Positions 14,021-27,239 of a stretch of DNA of 64,000 nucleotides are shown in pieces. The position numbers and the translations under genes were made by a program. The stretch spans positions 50,530,001-50,594,000 of the forward strand of contig OX597831.1 of assembly GCA_951406725.2 (NCBI GenBank), given 5' to 3'. The notes beneath the pieces were generated by a model. The model was not told where the DNA came from, made no database searches, and worked only from the letters and a program-made list of their open reading frames with translations. The stretch's first letter is position 1, and each line of letters begins with the position of its first letter. The stretch comes from Octopus vulgaris. Taxonomy: Eukaryota.

Positions 14021-14631
14021 TATATATGCGTGTGTGCTTACGCACACGCACATACACATACATACATACATACATACATACATACATACAAACATACATA
14101 TATACATACACACATAAACACACTACATATGATTGCATATGTAAAAGCCTCTAAAACATTTAATGCTCATGATCAATTATTCAACATTTATTGCTGCTTG
14201 TATGAACCGACAGGGGAGTTATAATAGTAATAGTTCTTCTTTACACACATTTATTATTCCAAACATCATTCCGGCAAAAATAAAATCATTATTTATTAAT
14301 GCAAAACTTTATTTATAGTATTTGTTATGTGAAATTACGGGAATCACTTGATTTGTAATGTAAAATACACATTCAGCGGTATCATACACATTATTCTTAA
14401 CATTTTATCCCAAATGAATTGGCCATAAATCATTTAAATTGCGAAAATGTGTAATACTTTCTAGTCTAAAACCATGCAAATACTATAGTCATCTTAATCG
14501 TCACCTCAATATACCAGTCGGACAGATGTAGACTCTGCGTTGTCTCGGAACTCGCAAGAAATAATAATGATAAGCGCCCAGAAGATAACACCTCATTCTA
14601 TTTAGAAAAATGAAGCACTGATTGTATAATG

Positions 14632-15034
14632 GATGGTGTTACCTTCGTTCACTGATGGATGGAAGCACTCCGTCGGTTACGACGACGAGGGTTCCAGTTG
14701 ATCCGAATCAACGGAACAGCCTGCTCGTGAAATTAACGTTTAAGGGGCTGAGCACACCACAGACACGTGTACCCTTAACGTAGTTCTCGGGGATATTCAG
14801 CGTGACACTGAGAGTGACAAGGCCGGCCCTTTGAAATACAGGTACAACAGAAACAGGAAGTAAGAGTGAGAGAAAGTTGTGGTGAAAGAGTACAGCAGGG
14901 ATCACCACCATCCCTGCCGGAGCTTTTAGGTGTTTTCGCTCAATAAACACTCACAATGCCCGGTCTGGGAATCGAAACCGCGATCCTACGACTGCGAGTC
15001 CGCTGCCCTAACCACTAGGTCATTGCGCCTCCAT
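14632..15034 (-). mobile_element. SINE family B, tail type 1, with 13-bp TSD
   Basis: Homologous to 20911-21298; TSD tgattgtataatg at 14619-14631 and 15035-15047. Confidence 0.9.
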
Positions 15035-15869
15035 TGATTGTATAATGTTGTCCTATAGACTCTCATCTTCAATTATAAGCAGAATGGTCATAGTTAGAAT
15101 ATACTTGATCATCACGCTGCTTAGTGATTATGTTTTCTTTGTTACAACTCACTTCATACATATGTACCACGTGTGTGCATACATACATACATAGAATCAA
15201 AAAGATACCCTGTTGTTGATGTTGAAATTCCACTGAAGGAGTCTTGGATCTAGGTTAGAAACCGGTTCTTTCTCTATTGGCTATAAAACTTTGAAATAAA
15301 CTGAATAATGACGTACATACATACATACAAACATACATACATACATACACACATACATACATATATACATACATGCATACATACATATTTATATAGATAG
15401 TTATCGTAATATTAGTAGCATTCGAAAATTCTTGTAAACCATTTTCGATATCCTGTCGATAGCATCTCTACGCCGTCGGCAGTTTAGCTAAAAATAACAG
15501 CCAAACGTTCTTCAAATTAGATCTTGCTTTGTTTATAGAAAAATAGCAGACATATTGGACAAGTAGTACGAGATATATTATGTCAAAGAGATTGATGGTT
15601 AAGGCTTGATTGTTCTTAAACATTCGCCTACTCAGTCAAGACACTGTTGTTGGTTGGTGTGGTGAACAACAGTAACAATATTTTAATTTGCGTGTCCGAG
15701 AGATTAAAGAGTGGAGCATAGAAGATGATCAGATTGTGGCTTATTTATAAGGGAGTTAACTAATTCGATTCCTTCCTGACACTATTTAATTTTACTGACA
15801 TTAATATTTCGTTATAACATGGTCATTATAGAATCCCATATACCGTTCCTTATAAATCAAATTTTCGAT

Positions 15870-16219
15870 ACTGCGTGGCCCCTTGGGCAAGTGTTTTCTA
15901 CTATAGTCTCGGGTCGACCAAAGCCTTGTGAGTGGATTTGGTAGACGGAAACTGAAAGAAACCCGTCGTATATATGTATATGTATATATACATATGTGTG
16001 GGGGGTGCTTGCGTGTCTGTGTTTGTCCCCCCAACATCGCTTGACAACCGATGCTGGTGTATTTACGTCCCCGTAACTTAGCGTTTCGGCAAAAAGGACC
16101 GATAGAATAAATACTAGGCTTACAAAGAATAAGTCCTGGGTCGATTTGTTCGACTAAAAGCGGTGCTCCAGCATGGCCACAGTCAAATGACTGAAACAAG
16201 TAAAAGTGTATAAAGAGTA
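15870..16219 (+). mobile_element. SINE family A, 5'-truncated
   Basis: ctgcgtggccccttgggcaagtg...gactgaaacaagtaaaag, homologous to 345-860. Confidence 0.88.
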
Positions 16220-16786
16220 TATGAGATGGATTTGATTACTATACTATTTATTGTAGATCCAGTGCCCAGGCTGAAGCTCCTTTTGTCGTTTAGTGTCTCC
16301 CTCGTTGGTTGATTTTTTATAGGCTCGCACTTGAGCATCTTGTAGTTTGTAATTGCTCCTGCTTTTTTAGTTCTCAATGAATTATGTGCAAACGTTTCTT
16401 ATCGGAGATTGCTTTACACATATTTACTACTTTGTTACGTCATGTAGTTAGGGGCGTTAGTGAGAAAGTATCCTTATGACGCCTATAATATTCAACAGGA
16501 ATTATATGGCTTTATATGGCTACAGATCTACAAACATAAATTTGTTCTGATATAGCTTTCTCCTGTGATGATGAGAAATGCAGTTAAAAGTTCGGTTCCA
16601 GTGGGACTTGAATTTAGATATTATTTATCACTAAGTAAGATATGAAAAAACAGAAAGAGACGAGTAACAGACAAGTAAATGCATTAATCAGTGCTTCAGT
16701 GTCAAGAGTGAAGGTAAAGAGAGAAATATTTATATCGTACTTAAACTGTCATTACATTTCTTCAGCATCAAATAGCGAGCATATGA

Positions 16787-16855
<69 letters not shown>

Positions 16856-16858
16856 CCT

Positions 16859-17192
16859 AGACCCCCTTCGGTCATGAATGACCATGGGATTGCACCTAGA
16901 AAGTTACCCTCCTAGACACAAGTCCGGGCAAGGTTGTTTATGGAAGACCAGCAGTCGCCCATGCATACCAGCCTCCCCTCTCCACGCCACCAGTGTTATC
17001 CAAGGGAAAGACAAAGGTCGATACAGCTTGGAACCAGTGACGTCGCAACTCATTTCTACAGCTGAGTGAACTGGAGCAACGTGAAATAAAGTGTTTTGCT
17101 CGAGAACACAACACGCAGCCCGGTCCGGGATTCGAGCTCACAACCTCACGATCGTAAGCTCGACGCTCTAACCACTGAGCCATGCGCCTTCA
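16859..17192 (-). mobile_element. tRNA-derived SINE family D inserted in a (TAA)n tract
   Basis: Reverse complement GTGAAGGCGCATGGCTCAGTGGTTAGAGCG...GCTCGAATCCC; near-identical to 25795-26130; (TAA)n on both sides. Confidence 0.9.
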
Positions 17193-17193
17193 C

Positions 17194-17270
<77 letters not shown>

Positions 17271-17282
17271 TGATAATAAAAA

Positions 17283-17381
17283 CATCTAGATAATATCCCA
17301 CGAGAACCTTGTCTCAGAGAAATCCAAAAGATTGTGCTGACAAGTAATGCCCACATACTTAGAGAAAACCTATCAATTTAA
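17283..17381 (+). mobile_element. 3' coding end of an R4/Dong-like (restriction-like endonuclease) LINE
   Basis: HLDNIPREPCLREIQKIVLTSNAHILRENLSI* resembles the 'IQKIVLLGTAHILRK.LS' C-terminus; sits next to (TAA)n, the known target type of Dong elements. Confidence 0.6.
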
Positions 17382-18061
17382 ATGTCTGTGTTGAACTACG
17401 TGAAGTTATTTGTCCCTTCTACTCCCCAAGCTACTGTCCCTTCCTCTCCCCAAGCTTTCAGTCATACTATAGCATCTCTTATCCTTCATTCACCCTAGAA
17501 CACTGGTTGTGAGAAAGCAATGCATGCCATCAAAGTGACACTAGGGTAAAATATACGAAGCCCAGTATACCCATCATGACTACCCGTCTGATAAGGGTAC
17601 AAAAGACACATCCATCACAACCATGTGTGCGCGACACGGTGATCACATAACAGCGCATGATCTTGCAGGTGGGGCCCAGTTACAATTTTCTTCAGGTCGA
17701 ATAGCACATCCCTCGAAAGGTCCCTGAATAAGGATTATTTAAGGATATAGAACAAAACACCAATGTTTCCAGAGGTAATTATCCAAACCTCCCAAAACTT
17801 TTCTCAACACATGGCTATGATGCTCCCGAAGTACTTCTGCTCGTTATCAGTGATACACGTATCGTCAGCTACCAAGGGACATGCTCAACTGGTTAAGGTC
17901 AAACAACTGACAACCAAATCTGTGGTATTGAGTAGAATATTTACTATATCCCATCTTTTATACTAAGACAAAACAATGTACTTAATAACACTTCGAATCA
18001 GTAAAGATCAGAAGCCACGCGAGCCACTGTATGGTACTGTATCAAGCTATTTATTATTATT

Positions 18062-19170
18062 ACGCCCACCTTTCTGGACGGTGAGCGTGTGTGGGCTCCA
18101 TTTGTGAGGCTCGTCTCCTTGACGGAGCTGCAATCCTGGGAGAAGAAAAGACCGAGACTGGGCGCCTGGCACCTAGAAAATCGTCAGGCGCTGATAACCT
18201 CTACCAGTCGGGACATGGGGTCGGTGGATATTCCGCTTTAGATATTTATAGTTATTAGTGGTGGTGAAGTGCAACGGCATTCTCAGTGTGACACTAGATG
18301 CCGACGAAAACGAACTAGAGCGTCTATTCCGGAGGACTTTTCTGTCGGGAACTATCATGGATAATTTCCAGATGTCCTTGACCTGCAGAGCTACTGGGGA
18401 ATGGGCACTACCGGGTCGAGATAAGCTACAGGCACGGATGTGCTGTCAGACGGACTTGTCCGAGGTGCACGCAGTGTGACGAAACCGTTCTGCATGCCCT
18501 CGTTCAGTGTCCGGGCAATTCTGACTTATGGAGTTATGTTGAAAAGTTGCTGTCTCGCGTGGTAGTGATCTGTTTGTCGGCCGAGTGTGTAGTGATGATT
18601 GCACCGCTGCCCTCCTTCAATCGGGCAGGCAGGGCAGCTTTCCTTTCCCTGGTGGCAGTGGCGAAAGGGCTTTTTTTTTGGGAAAAGGCTGAAAGGCATG
18701 AGGACAGATACACACTCCTCTTTGGTAGAGCTCTTATTAACTTTTTCAAGTTTTACTTAAAAAGGAAATTGACAGCGGTGAGGGAAGTGCTGTCCTCGAG
18801 TGAGTTTATTGAAAGGTGGGTGAAAGTTGCGAAAATGGCAAAAGTAGATGCTACCTCTCTAAGTGTAGACACGTGAGTCAGAAAGAATGAACTAAAGAAG
18901 GCACTTGCTCATGGGATTTCAGGGTAATCTCGGACAGTGGGGCTCCCTAGAGGTGTTGCTGTATCAGGAGGGCCACATCTCTATCATCCTCCACACATTC
19001 TTTTACCTTTGTATGCTATGCACATGTCTCATCTTTTCCAGTGTATACCGTGTATACTGTTATTTATTTTATTTATTTTTATCATTTCATTATTATATGT
19101 AACCTCCCATACATTACGTCTCTCTCTGTATTGTCCCCCTCGTTCTTCACTCTTGTGACAAAAAATGAAA
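18062..19170 (+). mobile_element. Tx1/L1-clade LINE 3' fragment (zf-RVT region + 3' UTR)
   Basis: ALPGRDKL, then CPRCTQCDETVLHALVQCP (CCHC zf-RVT); T-rich UTR ending aaaaatgaaa before (CAT)/(CAC)n. Confidence 0.8.
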
Positions 19171-19196
19171 TCATCATCACCACCACCACCACCACC

Positions 19197-19248
<52 letters not shown>

Positions 19249-19249
19249 C

Positions 19250-19303
<54 letters not shown>
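19170..19303. repeat. (CAC)n(CAT)n(TAT)n compound microsatellite
   Basis: Direct reading. Confidence 0.95.
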
Positions 19304-19304
<1 letters not shown>

Positions 19305-20644
19305 AACAGCTGGACGTTAATTTTTTTTTCGTACTTTTTATTTTCTGACTTGAAACTTAATTTTATTAGTAATTAAATATTTACAAAATGGGAAAGTAAT
19401 GAAATTGACGCAAGGAGATTTAATTAAAATGAATTATTTATGCAAGTTTACAGATGTAGGAGACGGTTTCCTCTTTCCTCAACAAACACTCGCAACCAAA
19501 GTCAGAAAAAACAAAAGCAACAACAAAAAATTCTATATATTCTGTCCAGTGATTAATCATCTTCGTAGACCAGAGAAATTAAGTAGCGTCCGCACATGTC
19601 CTACCGATGAGGCCTTTGATACCTGAAGTGTTCACTGCTGATTCTGCAGCTTTTGTATATAACGTGTAGCATATGATGGTTGTGGTGGTGGTGGTAATGC
19701 TTTTGTCACCTTAATATTGTCGGCATAGCTTAAGAAGGTGTCTGCCCTTATGAAATACCATACAACATGAATTTTTGATGCATTGAAATTATCTCCATCT
19801 CTAGAGGATTTATCGTAATTACCAAATGGCAATTAAGAACAGCTTCAGATCATGAGAGGAGATAATTTCATGACTGAAGCATTCTCCAAAGTTCACATAA
19901 CTTTAAGGAAAATGACAGGCTCATTGTCTGGAGGTAAGAGGATAATCATCGACCTTCAGTAGCCAAGGGACTTATATAAAACAAGAGCAGAATACATTCA
20001 TAGACCAGACGAGTTGCATAGGTTAAACAAGTATGGGATAAGATAAATAACTCAGAGTGACCAGTGGCATAACTTATTACGTAGGCCACAGATGTGATCT
20101 AATTTTTTTTTGCATAAGTCTAAGGTCGGAGGAATGTCCTGCTGATGACAGTTATTGAGTCAGAAACACATATCCACAATAGTCCTATCTCCAGGCAATG
20201 AGCCGGTCCTTTCTTTAATTGCATGTCAACTTTGAAGAAATACTTAAATTTTGAGATTTTCTCTACTTCTCAAGTGCAGCTGGTCCTAAAGACGTTTGGT
20301 AATTACGATACATCTTCAAGAGGCGAGGATGATTTCTAATAAACCAAGAATTTATGTTACTTTGTATATGATATACCTGTTATTGTCTCTTTTGACTCGG
20401 CTCATATTTGTTTAAATCATTACACCCAATGCTGTCCTTTACGAAACGTTTATATGGTACTTCTCTGAATTGTTGAACGATTAAAGAAAACAACATTGGC
20501 GGCAACAATTTGGGTTGCGCTTATTAGGGAGTTATACAGCCACTGTTATAGTCTCAGTTTACTGAATTTATACAATGTGTAACATTTTCTGCCGTCGAGA
20601 AATTCATATAGGTGAGACCATGCCGAGATTCCGAATCCCACTCA

Positions 20645-21380
20645 TTACTGGACTCATGCTGTAACGAAAGGAATCTTGCTGCTCTAGACATCAGCTAAGT
20701 CTTAGATCGTGCCTGACAAGCAAAGCTCCCATCTAAACATGCTGCCAACAGGTTCCACCTTTCTCTCGTGCTTTGGATCAGTAGCTTCATTTCAGATCGC
20801 ACCCTCGAGAGACGTGTTGACAGAGCTCTTCCTCCCCACACTAAATCAACCCTAGTTGATTCCCTGGGGCACTTTCTTCTTTCTATATATCAATGGCCTA
20901 CTTGTCATCAGTGGAGGCGCAATGGCCCAGTGGTTAGGGCAGCGGACTAGCGGTCATAGGATTGCGGTTTCGATTCCCAGACCGGGCGTTGTGAGTGTTT
21001 ATTGAGCGAAAACACCTAAAAGCTCCACGTGCTCCGGCAGGGGATGGTGGTGATCCCTGCTGTACTCTTTCACCACAACTTTCTCTCACTCTTACTTCCT
21101 GTTTCTGTTGTACCTGTATTTCAAAGGGCCGGCCTTGTCACTCTCTGTGTCACGCTGAATATCCCCGAGAACTACGTTAAGGGTGCACGTGTCTGTGGAG
21201 TGCTCAGCCACTTACACGTTAATTTCACGAGCAGGCTGTTCCGTTGATTCGGATCAACCGGAACCCTCATCGTCATAACCGACGGAGTGCTTCCATCCAC
21301 TTGTCGTCACTTCGAAGAACAGCTGACACGATCCGTCATTCCATCTAAATCTTCCCTAATTATGCATCATCCAGAAGTAA
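20645..21380 (+). mobile_element. Degenerate CR1/Jockey-group RT fragment interrupted by a SINE
   Basis: ALDIS*VLDRA (~ALDISKAFDRV), LWISSFISDRTL..RVD, LFFLYINGLL. Confidence 0.7.
20911..21298 (+). mobile_element. SINE family B, tail type 1, full length with 11-bp TSD
   Basis: A box TGGCCCAGTGG, B box GTTTCGATTCC; TSD acttgtc(a/g)tca at 20900-20910 and 21299-21309. Confidence 0.92.
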
Positions 21381-22399
21381 TCTAGTCACAATAATCTAAA
21401 TAGGCATTGATTCCGCAAACGGAAAGCTTGAGTGCATCATAATGCCTCTTGCTTGCCATGCTTTTTGCTGACGATTTTGCCGGCTCGTCGCCGTGCTTTA
21501 TGTACCTATTGACAGCATAAAATGTTGGAAGTGTGAAACATGTGGCCGTGTACTCCTCTTTAAGGCTGGGTATACCAACTCGTTTCTTTATTTGCCACAC
21601 GGGGCCAAAATAGAGGGAGACAAACAAATACAGACAGGACACCACAGAGGGGACAATACATAAAACGAATATTAATGAGATTATTATGTAACAATGAGGT
21701 TAAGAATGGCTGCATGCGCCCCTCATCACATTCAGTACCATTAATCTTCTTTTATACAGTCCATTATTATCATGTATTTACATAACAATTAATTATCATG
21801 TTACATACCATTGCAAGTATTTGAACCATTATATACGTTATCTACAATTGTTCTACTTTTCAATATTTTTTAAACATAACGTAAAACACTTTACTCTTTT
21901 TTTTCCTTGTTGTTTCCTCCTTTTTCTTTTTTCCTTTGTTTTTCTTTTCTTTTTTCTGTCAATTTAATATACTTATTTTCCTTTTAATAGTACTTCATCA
22001 ATGGTTCAATTTCTATTAGATCCACTACTGGTGACAATTCTTTGAATTCCACCCGCACTCCTCTGGGTCAATACTATCTCCACACATTTCTTCAAGTTTC
22101 TTGTAATTTTAACTTGGTATATCAACTATCTCAGGTCCTATGAATGATCAACTGTATTTAACATCATTCCTCCAAGACCTGGTGATTCCACCAGTGTAGC
22201 GTACCAAATGACCTGCAAGTTGATTACGGTGGTTCACAGGGTTCATATTTCTCCAAATGATCTGATCGATCCAGTGGAAGTTACAACTTTCGTTTGTCAT
22301 CTATGCTTCAAATCCTAGAGATCTGCATTAGAACTGAATAGTCATCTAAGAGGTTATGGACGGAATGTCATAAATAATATTGACAAGGGGAAAGCTCAA

Positions 22400-23100
22400 A
22401 GCCTGTAAGAAAGGTTACATATAAAAGAAAAGGAAAAGTACACATGCCTCAGCAAACGATGTGAGAGCGTCACAACAAAAATGGATAGTTTGAACGACAG
22501 ATGCTCATACATTCCATTGTCCGACACATAAAGCCAGAGACTACACGTCCCCAACATGGAACAGTTTACCTTGATAGAACAAATGTAGAGATTTAGAAGC
22601 AATGAATATTTTTCGCTTAGTTCAGACGATAGCAGAATCGCTGACCTCGTACAAAGAAGGGCTACCTAGAACAACACATAAAGTAGCTTCAACTAACAAA
22701 ACCCAGGAGGGCCACCTTAGACATTACCTCACATGCAATACGAGATATACTGGCAAATATCAGGAGTATTTTGCATCAGAGTATATTGAATAAAATTAAT
22801 CACATAAGGAATGTTTATGTATGCAACGAAGTAATATGCATAAACACTGACAGAAACACATCGGACAAGTAACTTGGCAGATTAGAAAATCACATATCAA
22901 GATGTGCATCTTCTGTACGGACAAGATGGAAAGAAACCACAATGTTTTTACGATGTATATTCACAAAAATGTAACACCGTCATGTGTGTACATATAAAGC
23001 ATCAAAACTTATATACGTAGTTTAAACCCTACAGATGCATCAAATTATGTCACAACATGTAAGATATCAGCAACATAAATGCACTAACAAGTTTGAAGTA
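22400..23100 (+). mobile_element. Possible highly decayed restriction-like-endonuclease LINE (CCHC / RHN region)
   Basis: ENHISRC ... ERNHNVFTMYIH loosely resembles HI.S.C ... RHN.VA..IH; weak. Confidence 0.3.
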
Positions 23101-23570
23101 GAATACCGACGTACCCCCATTCAATGACTTCACCCTTCCCCTTCAAATGGTCTGACGGCACACTCTCTTAGTAGGTCACATTAGATATGTAGTGTTCCAC
23201 CATGATCTCACCAGTATGCAATTCTTAGTACAAAAAATTAGTTACCAAATTAGGGGCAATAAATTGGGTGTATGCTTCACAGACATTGCGAAAATCCGCC
23301 CGAGTTATAACATGATTCCTATATGCTTGCTCCGGATGCTTACAAGAAAATAGAATTCGCTGACGGCAAACAAGTGGATGTATGATGGTTACTGCATAGT
23401 GGGAGACTCTATGCCCTGTTGAAGGGAGATACGTTTGGAAGAATGAAAGAACAAATGAAAAACATAAAAGAAAAAAAACATAAATAAACGAAAACCCAGG
23501 AAAGGAACAGCTGAAACCATTTTAGCAGCAACAGCGACAGGGGCAGCGGCAACAGCGGCAGCAGCGGCAA

Positions 23571-23609
<39 letters not shown>

Positions 23610-23761
23610 TAGTAGTAGCAGCAGCAGCAGCAGCAGCTGCAGGAGGAAGAGTAATAGAAATGTATGTAGTAGAATGTATGTAGTAGAATCTGGGGAGAGG
23701 CAAACATCCTGTATTTACCTGAAGAAAACGATTTTTCCTAACGATGTAATATCTTCATTTA

Positions 23762-24015
23762 ATAGAATGGTTGTATACTGTCAATCTAACGTGAACGTGA
23801 CAGTTGGGGGTTACATCACCGCTGTTTAGCCCTAGGAAGCATCGACGCCTCCTGATGGCGTCGATGCTTTCTAGGGCTAAACAGCGGTGGGGTAACCCCC
23901 TACTGTCACGTTCACGAGCCATCAGGAGGCGTCGATGCTTCCTAGGGCTAAACAGCGGTGAGGTAACCCCCTACTGTCACGTTCACGTTAGATTGACAGT
24001 ATACAACCATTCTAT
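23762..24015. repeat. 98-bp-arm inverted repeat with a third partial arm in the middle
   Basis: 23762-23859 is the reverse complement of 23918-24015 with few mismatches; 23857-23916 repeats part of the right arm. Confidence 0.95.
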
Positions 24016-24412
24016 CGCTCCACCACCGTACATATTTCTATGAGAGATTTAGAAATTAAATTTTTCTGATAACATTTAATAATTCGTTGGAAACAGCTGT
24101 GGTGGATTGACACATTATCCCTCTGTTGTTATTTAATTATCATTCACTTCGCTCGGAACCTGCTTCTTGCGTAGAACCTACGTATTTTATGAACTGTACA
24201 TTCAGTGACATGTGTGTATCATGAACAACCTCAGGGCTATTGATATAGTCAGTTAGGTACAGTTAATCGTATACACAACCTGAATATCTTCCTAGCTTTA
24301 CTTTGGTATCCGCGTATATTTTTGTTGTGGACACATTTTACTTTTCGATCCGGCCTGGTACCTTACTATTTAAGTGCCTGATTTGCTTGAATCCTGATCT
24401 AATATATGTATA

Positions 24413-24668
24413 CAGGGTTAGCCAAAAGTCACCTGACAGTAAATCGAAACCATTTAATTCCAAGATTAATTTATGTTTAACAACTGAATGAGACTTCGCT
24501 AATAAACAGAAAAGATGTTGAATAAACAGAAAATGTTGAAAAGAAACTGTGATTTTAACTCACAGTATTCAATTTTTAAACATTCATAATTGGAATGAAT
24601 ATATGAAATTGAATATTAAGTATTTATGGAATTTTGATTTACTGTCGGGTGACTTTTGGCTAACACTA
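24413..24668. mobile_element. Tc1/mariner-type MITE (about 256 bp)
   Basis: About 37-bp TIRs CAGGGTTAGCCAAAAGTCACCTGACAGTAAATC / gatttactgtcgggtgacttttggctaacacta; TA on the left flank. Confidence 0.85.
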
Positions 24669-24744
24669 CATACATACATACATGCATACATACATACATA
24701 CATACATACATACATACATACATACATACATACATACATACATA

Positions 24745-25160
24745 AGGCGGCGAGCTGGCAGAAACGTTAGCACGCCGGGCGAAATGCGTAGCAGTATTTC
24801 GTCTGCCGTTACGTTCTGAATTCTAATTCCGCCGAGGTCGACTTTGCCTTTCATCCTTTCAGGGTCGATAAATTAAGTACCAGTTACGCATTGGGGTTGA
24901 TGTAATCGACTTATTCCGTGTGTCTGTCCTTGTTTGTCCCCTGTGTGATTAGCCCCTCGTGGTAGGTAAAGAAATAGGTATTTCGTCTGCCACTACGTTC
25001 ACAGTTTAAATTCTGCCGAGGTCGACTTTGCCTTTCATTCTTTCGGGGTGGATTGAATAAGTATCAGTTACGTACTGGGGTCGATGTAATCGACTCAGTC
25101 CGTTTGTCTGTCCTTGTTTGTCCCCTCTGTGTGTAGCTCCTTGTGGGCAATAAAACATAA
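24745..25160 (+). mobile_element. SINE family C with tandem duplication of body and tail
   Basis: aaggcggcgagctggcagaa head; gccgaggtcgactttgcctttca motif occurs twice (about 24831 and 25015); homologous to 56969-57202. Confidence 0.85.
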
Positions 25161-25449
25161 GATAGATACATACATACACGTGGTTCTAGGTTTGACCTCA
25201 TAATTTGATGCAATACATTGCACAAGTCAATCACGCCATAGCTTCATAAACATTCAATACATGTTAGAATTTGTGCGGAAGCTCGTTAGATATGCTGTAC
25301 TTGCACTCGGGTAATGTGCCTAATCTTTTACACGATTGCACGCAACCATCTGTGTTATTTAGTTGCCTTACAGTTGGTTATCTAACATTGAGGATACATT
25401 GTGATCTTTATGCATTGCTGCTACATACAAAGAATAAGGCCGCTCGCCG

Positions 25450-25673
25450 ATCTCAGAGACAATGTAAATGACAGAATCGTCACCATACGGCTGAGGGGTC
25501 ACCCTCTAAACACTACACTCATCCAGGTTTACGCACCAACGAGTGAAGCTAGTGAAGAAGAAATTCAGGATTTCTATGATGTTGTTCAGCAGACACTGGG
25601 CAATGCTCTACGGAGAGATGTCATTATCTTGGTGGGAGATTGGAACGCCAAGGTAGGGAACAGTTTCGAATAG
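25450..25673 (+). mobile_element. RTE-clade LINE endonuclease fragment
   Basis: NDRIVTIRL..TTLIQVYAPTSEASEEEIQDFYD...IILVGDWNAKVG. Confidence 0.88.
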
Positions 25674-25794
25674 ATAAATCATCTCTGCTTCTGTACAAAG
25701 GATCACAACAACAACAACAACAACAAAAACCTGAAATTTAATAGCTCAATCAGGAATCGAACTACTAATGTAGGCTAGACTATGCTGAACTATA

Positions 25795-26135
25795 AAGACC
25801 CCCTTCGGTCATGAATGACCATGGGATTGCACCTAGAAAGTTACCCTCCTAGACACAAGTCCGGGCAAGGTTGTTTATGGAAGACCAGCAGTCGCCCATG
25901 CATACCGGCCTCTCCTCTTCACGTCACCAGTGTTATCCAAGGGAAAGACAAAGGTCGATACAGCTTGGCACCAGTGACGTCGCAACTCATTTCTACAGCT
26001 GAGTGAACTGGAGCAACGTGAAATAAAGTGCCTTGCTCAAGAACACAACACGCAGCCCGGTCTGGGATTCGAGCTCACAACCTCACGATCGTAAGCTCGA
26101 CGCTCTAACCACTGAGCCATGCGCCTTCACTATAC
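25795..26135 (-). mobile_element. SINE family D with 13-bp TSD
   Basis: TSD atgctgaactata at 25782-25794 and 26136-26148; near-identical to 16859-17192. Confidence 0.92.
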
Positions 26136-26592
26136 ATGCTGAACTATACAGTCATTTTTTTAATACAGTGCAAAATTTTATTTTTCATTTTTTTTCATTA
26201 TTGTATCAAATTACTAATGGTCACTCGTCAAAAGGAAAGCATATGCTTATCTCTTCAATGAATAAACGTTTACCGCTAATCGCTTGATAAAATACTGGTA
26301 CTACGTAACATACGACAATGTACATAAAGCATTTCATAATAACGCTCATTCATTACATAGCTGCAGTTGCAATTAAGTAGTTTGCAAACAAAGTCAAAAG
26401 CGGGACTTCCCTGGCTAGTATTTTCATATTGGCAAACTTGATTTGGTATGGCATGGCACGTCTATAACGCCGAGAGATGGTTTGTGTCTCTATATGTGTA
26501 TGTATGTATATATATATGTGTGTGTGTGCATGTGTGTGTAAGTATACGTTTGTATATATATATTTAAATGTATGTGTATGTATATGTATATG

Positions 26593-26630
<38 letters not shown>

Positions 26631-26671
26631 AATGTATGTTGTGTATGTATATGTCTGTGTATATATGTATG

Positions 26672-26703
<32 letters not shown>

Positions 26704-26858
26704 CTCACACAAAGTGAGGGAAAGAGAGATGTCTATATAAAAATATAAATACATGATATAAATGTGTATGCATATGTATATATGTATGTATATGTAAGTG
26801 TATATATATATATGCATATATATGTATGTATATATATATGTATGTATATATATATGTG

Positions 26859-26903
<45 letters not shown>

Positions 26904-27086
26904 TTCTTCATTAAATGTGTGCATGGGGATTATTTAAACATAGTCATTATTTGCAACGTGTGTGTGCATAAATGTGTATAATGGCTATACCAACATTATA
27001 TAGGTGTGTGATTCTGCATACGCGTGTGTACGTGTCAGTGTTCGCATGTGTGTGCACGCGTGTTTATGTAGGTGTGTGTAGAAATG

Positions 27087-27121
<35 letters not shown>

Positions 27122-27178
27122 ATGCTTATATATATATGCACACACACGTATACGCATATATAATCATATATGATTATG

Positions 27179-27239
<61 letters not shown>

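Noticed and set aside
19640-20260. Possible minus-strand LINE RT C-terminal remnant
   Set aside because: Only faint motif hints; too decayed to call
20911-20990. tRNA-like sequences as tRNA genes (also 17115-17192 and 31890-31955)
   Set aside because: Acceptor stems do not close and they continue into repeated bodies, several with TSDs: these are SINE or PLE heads
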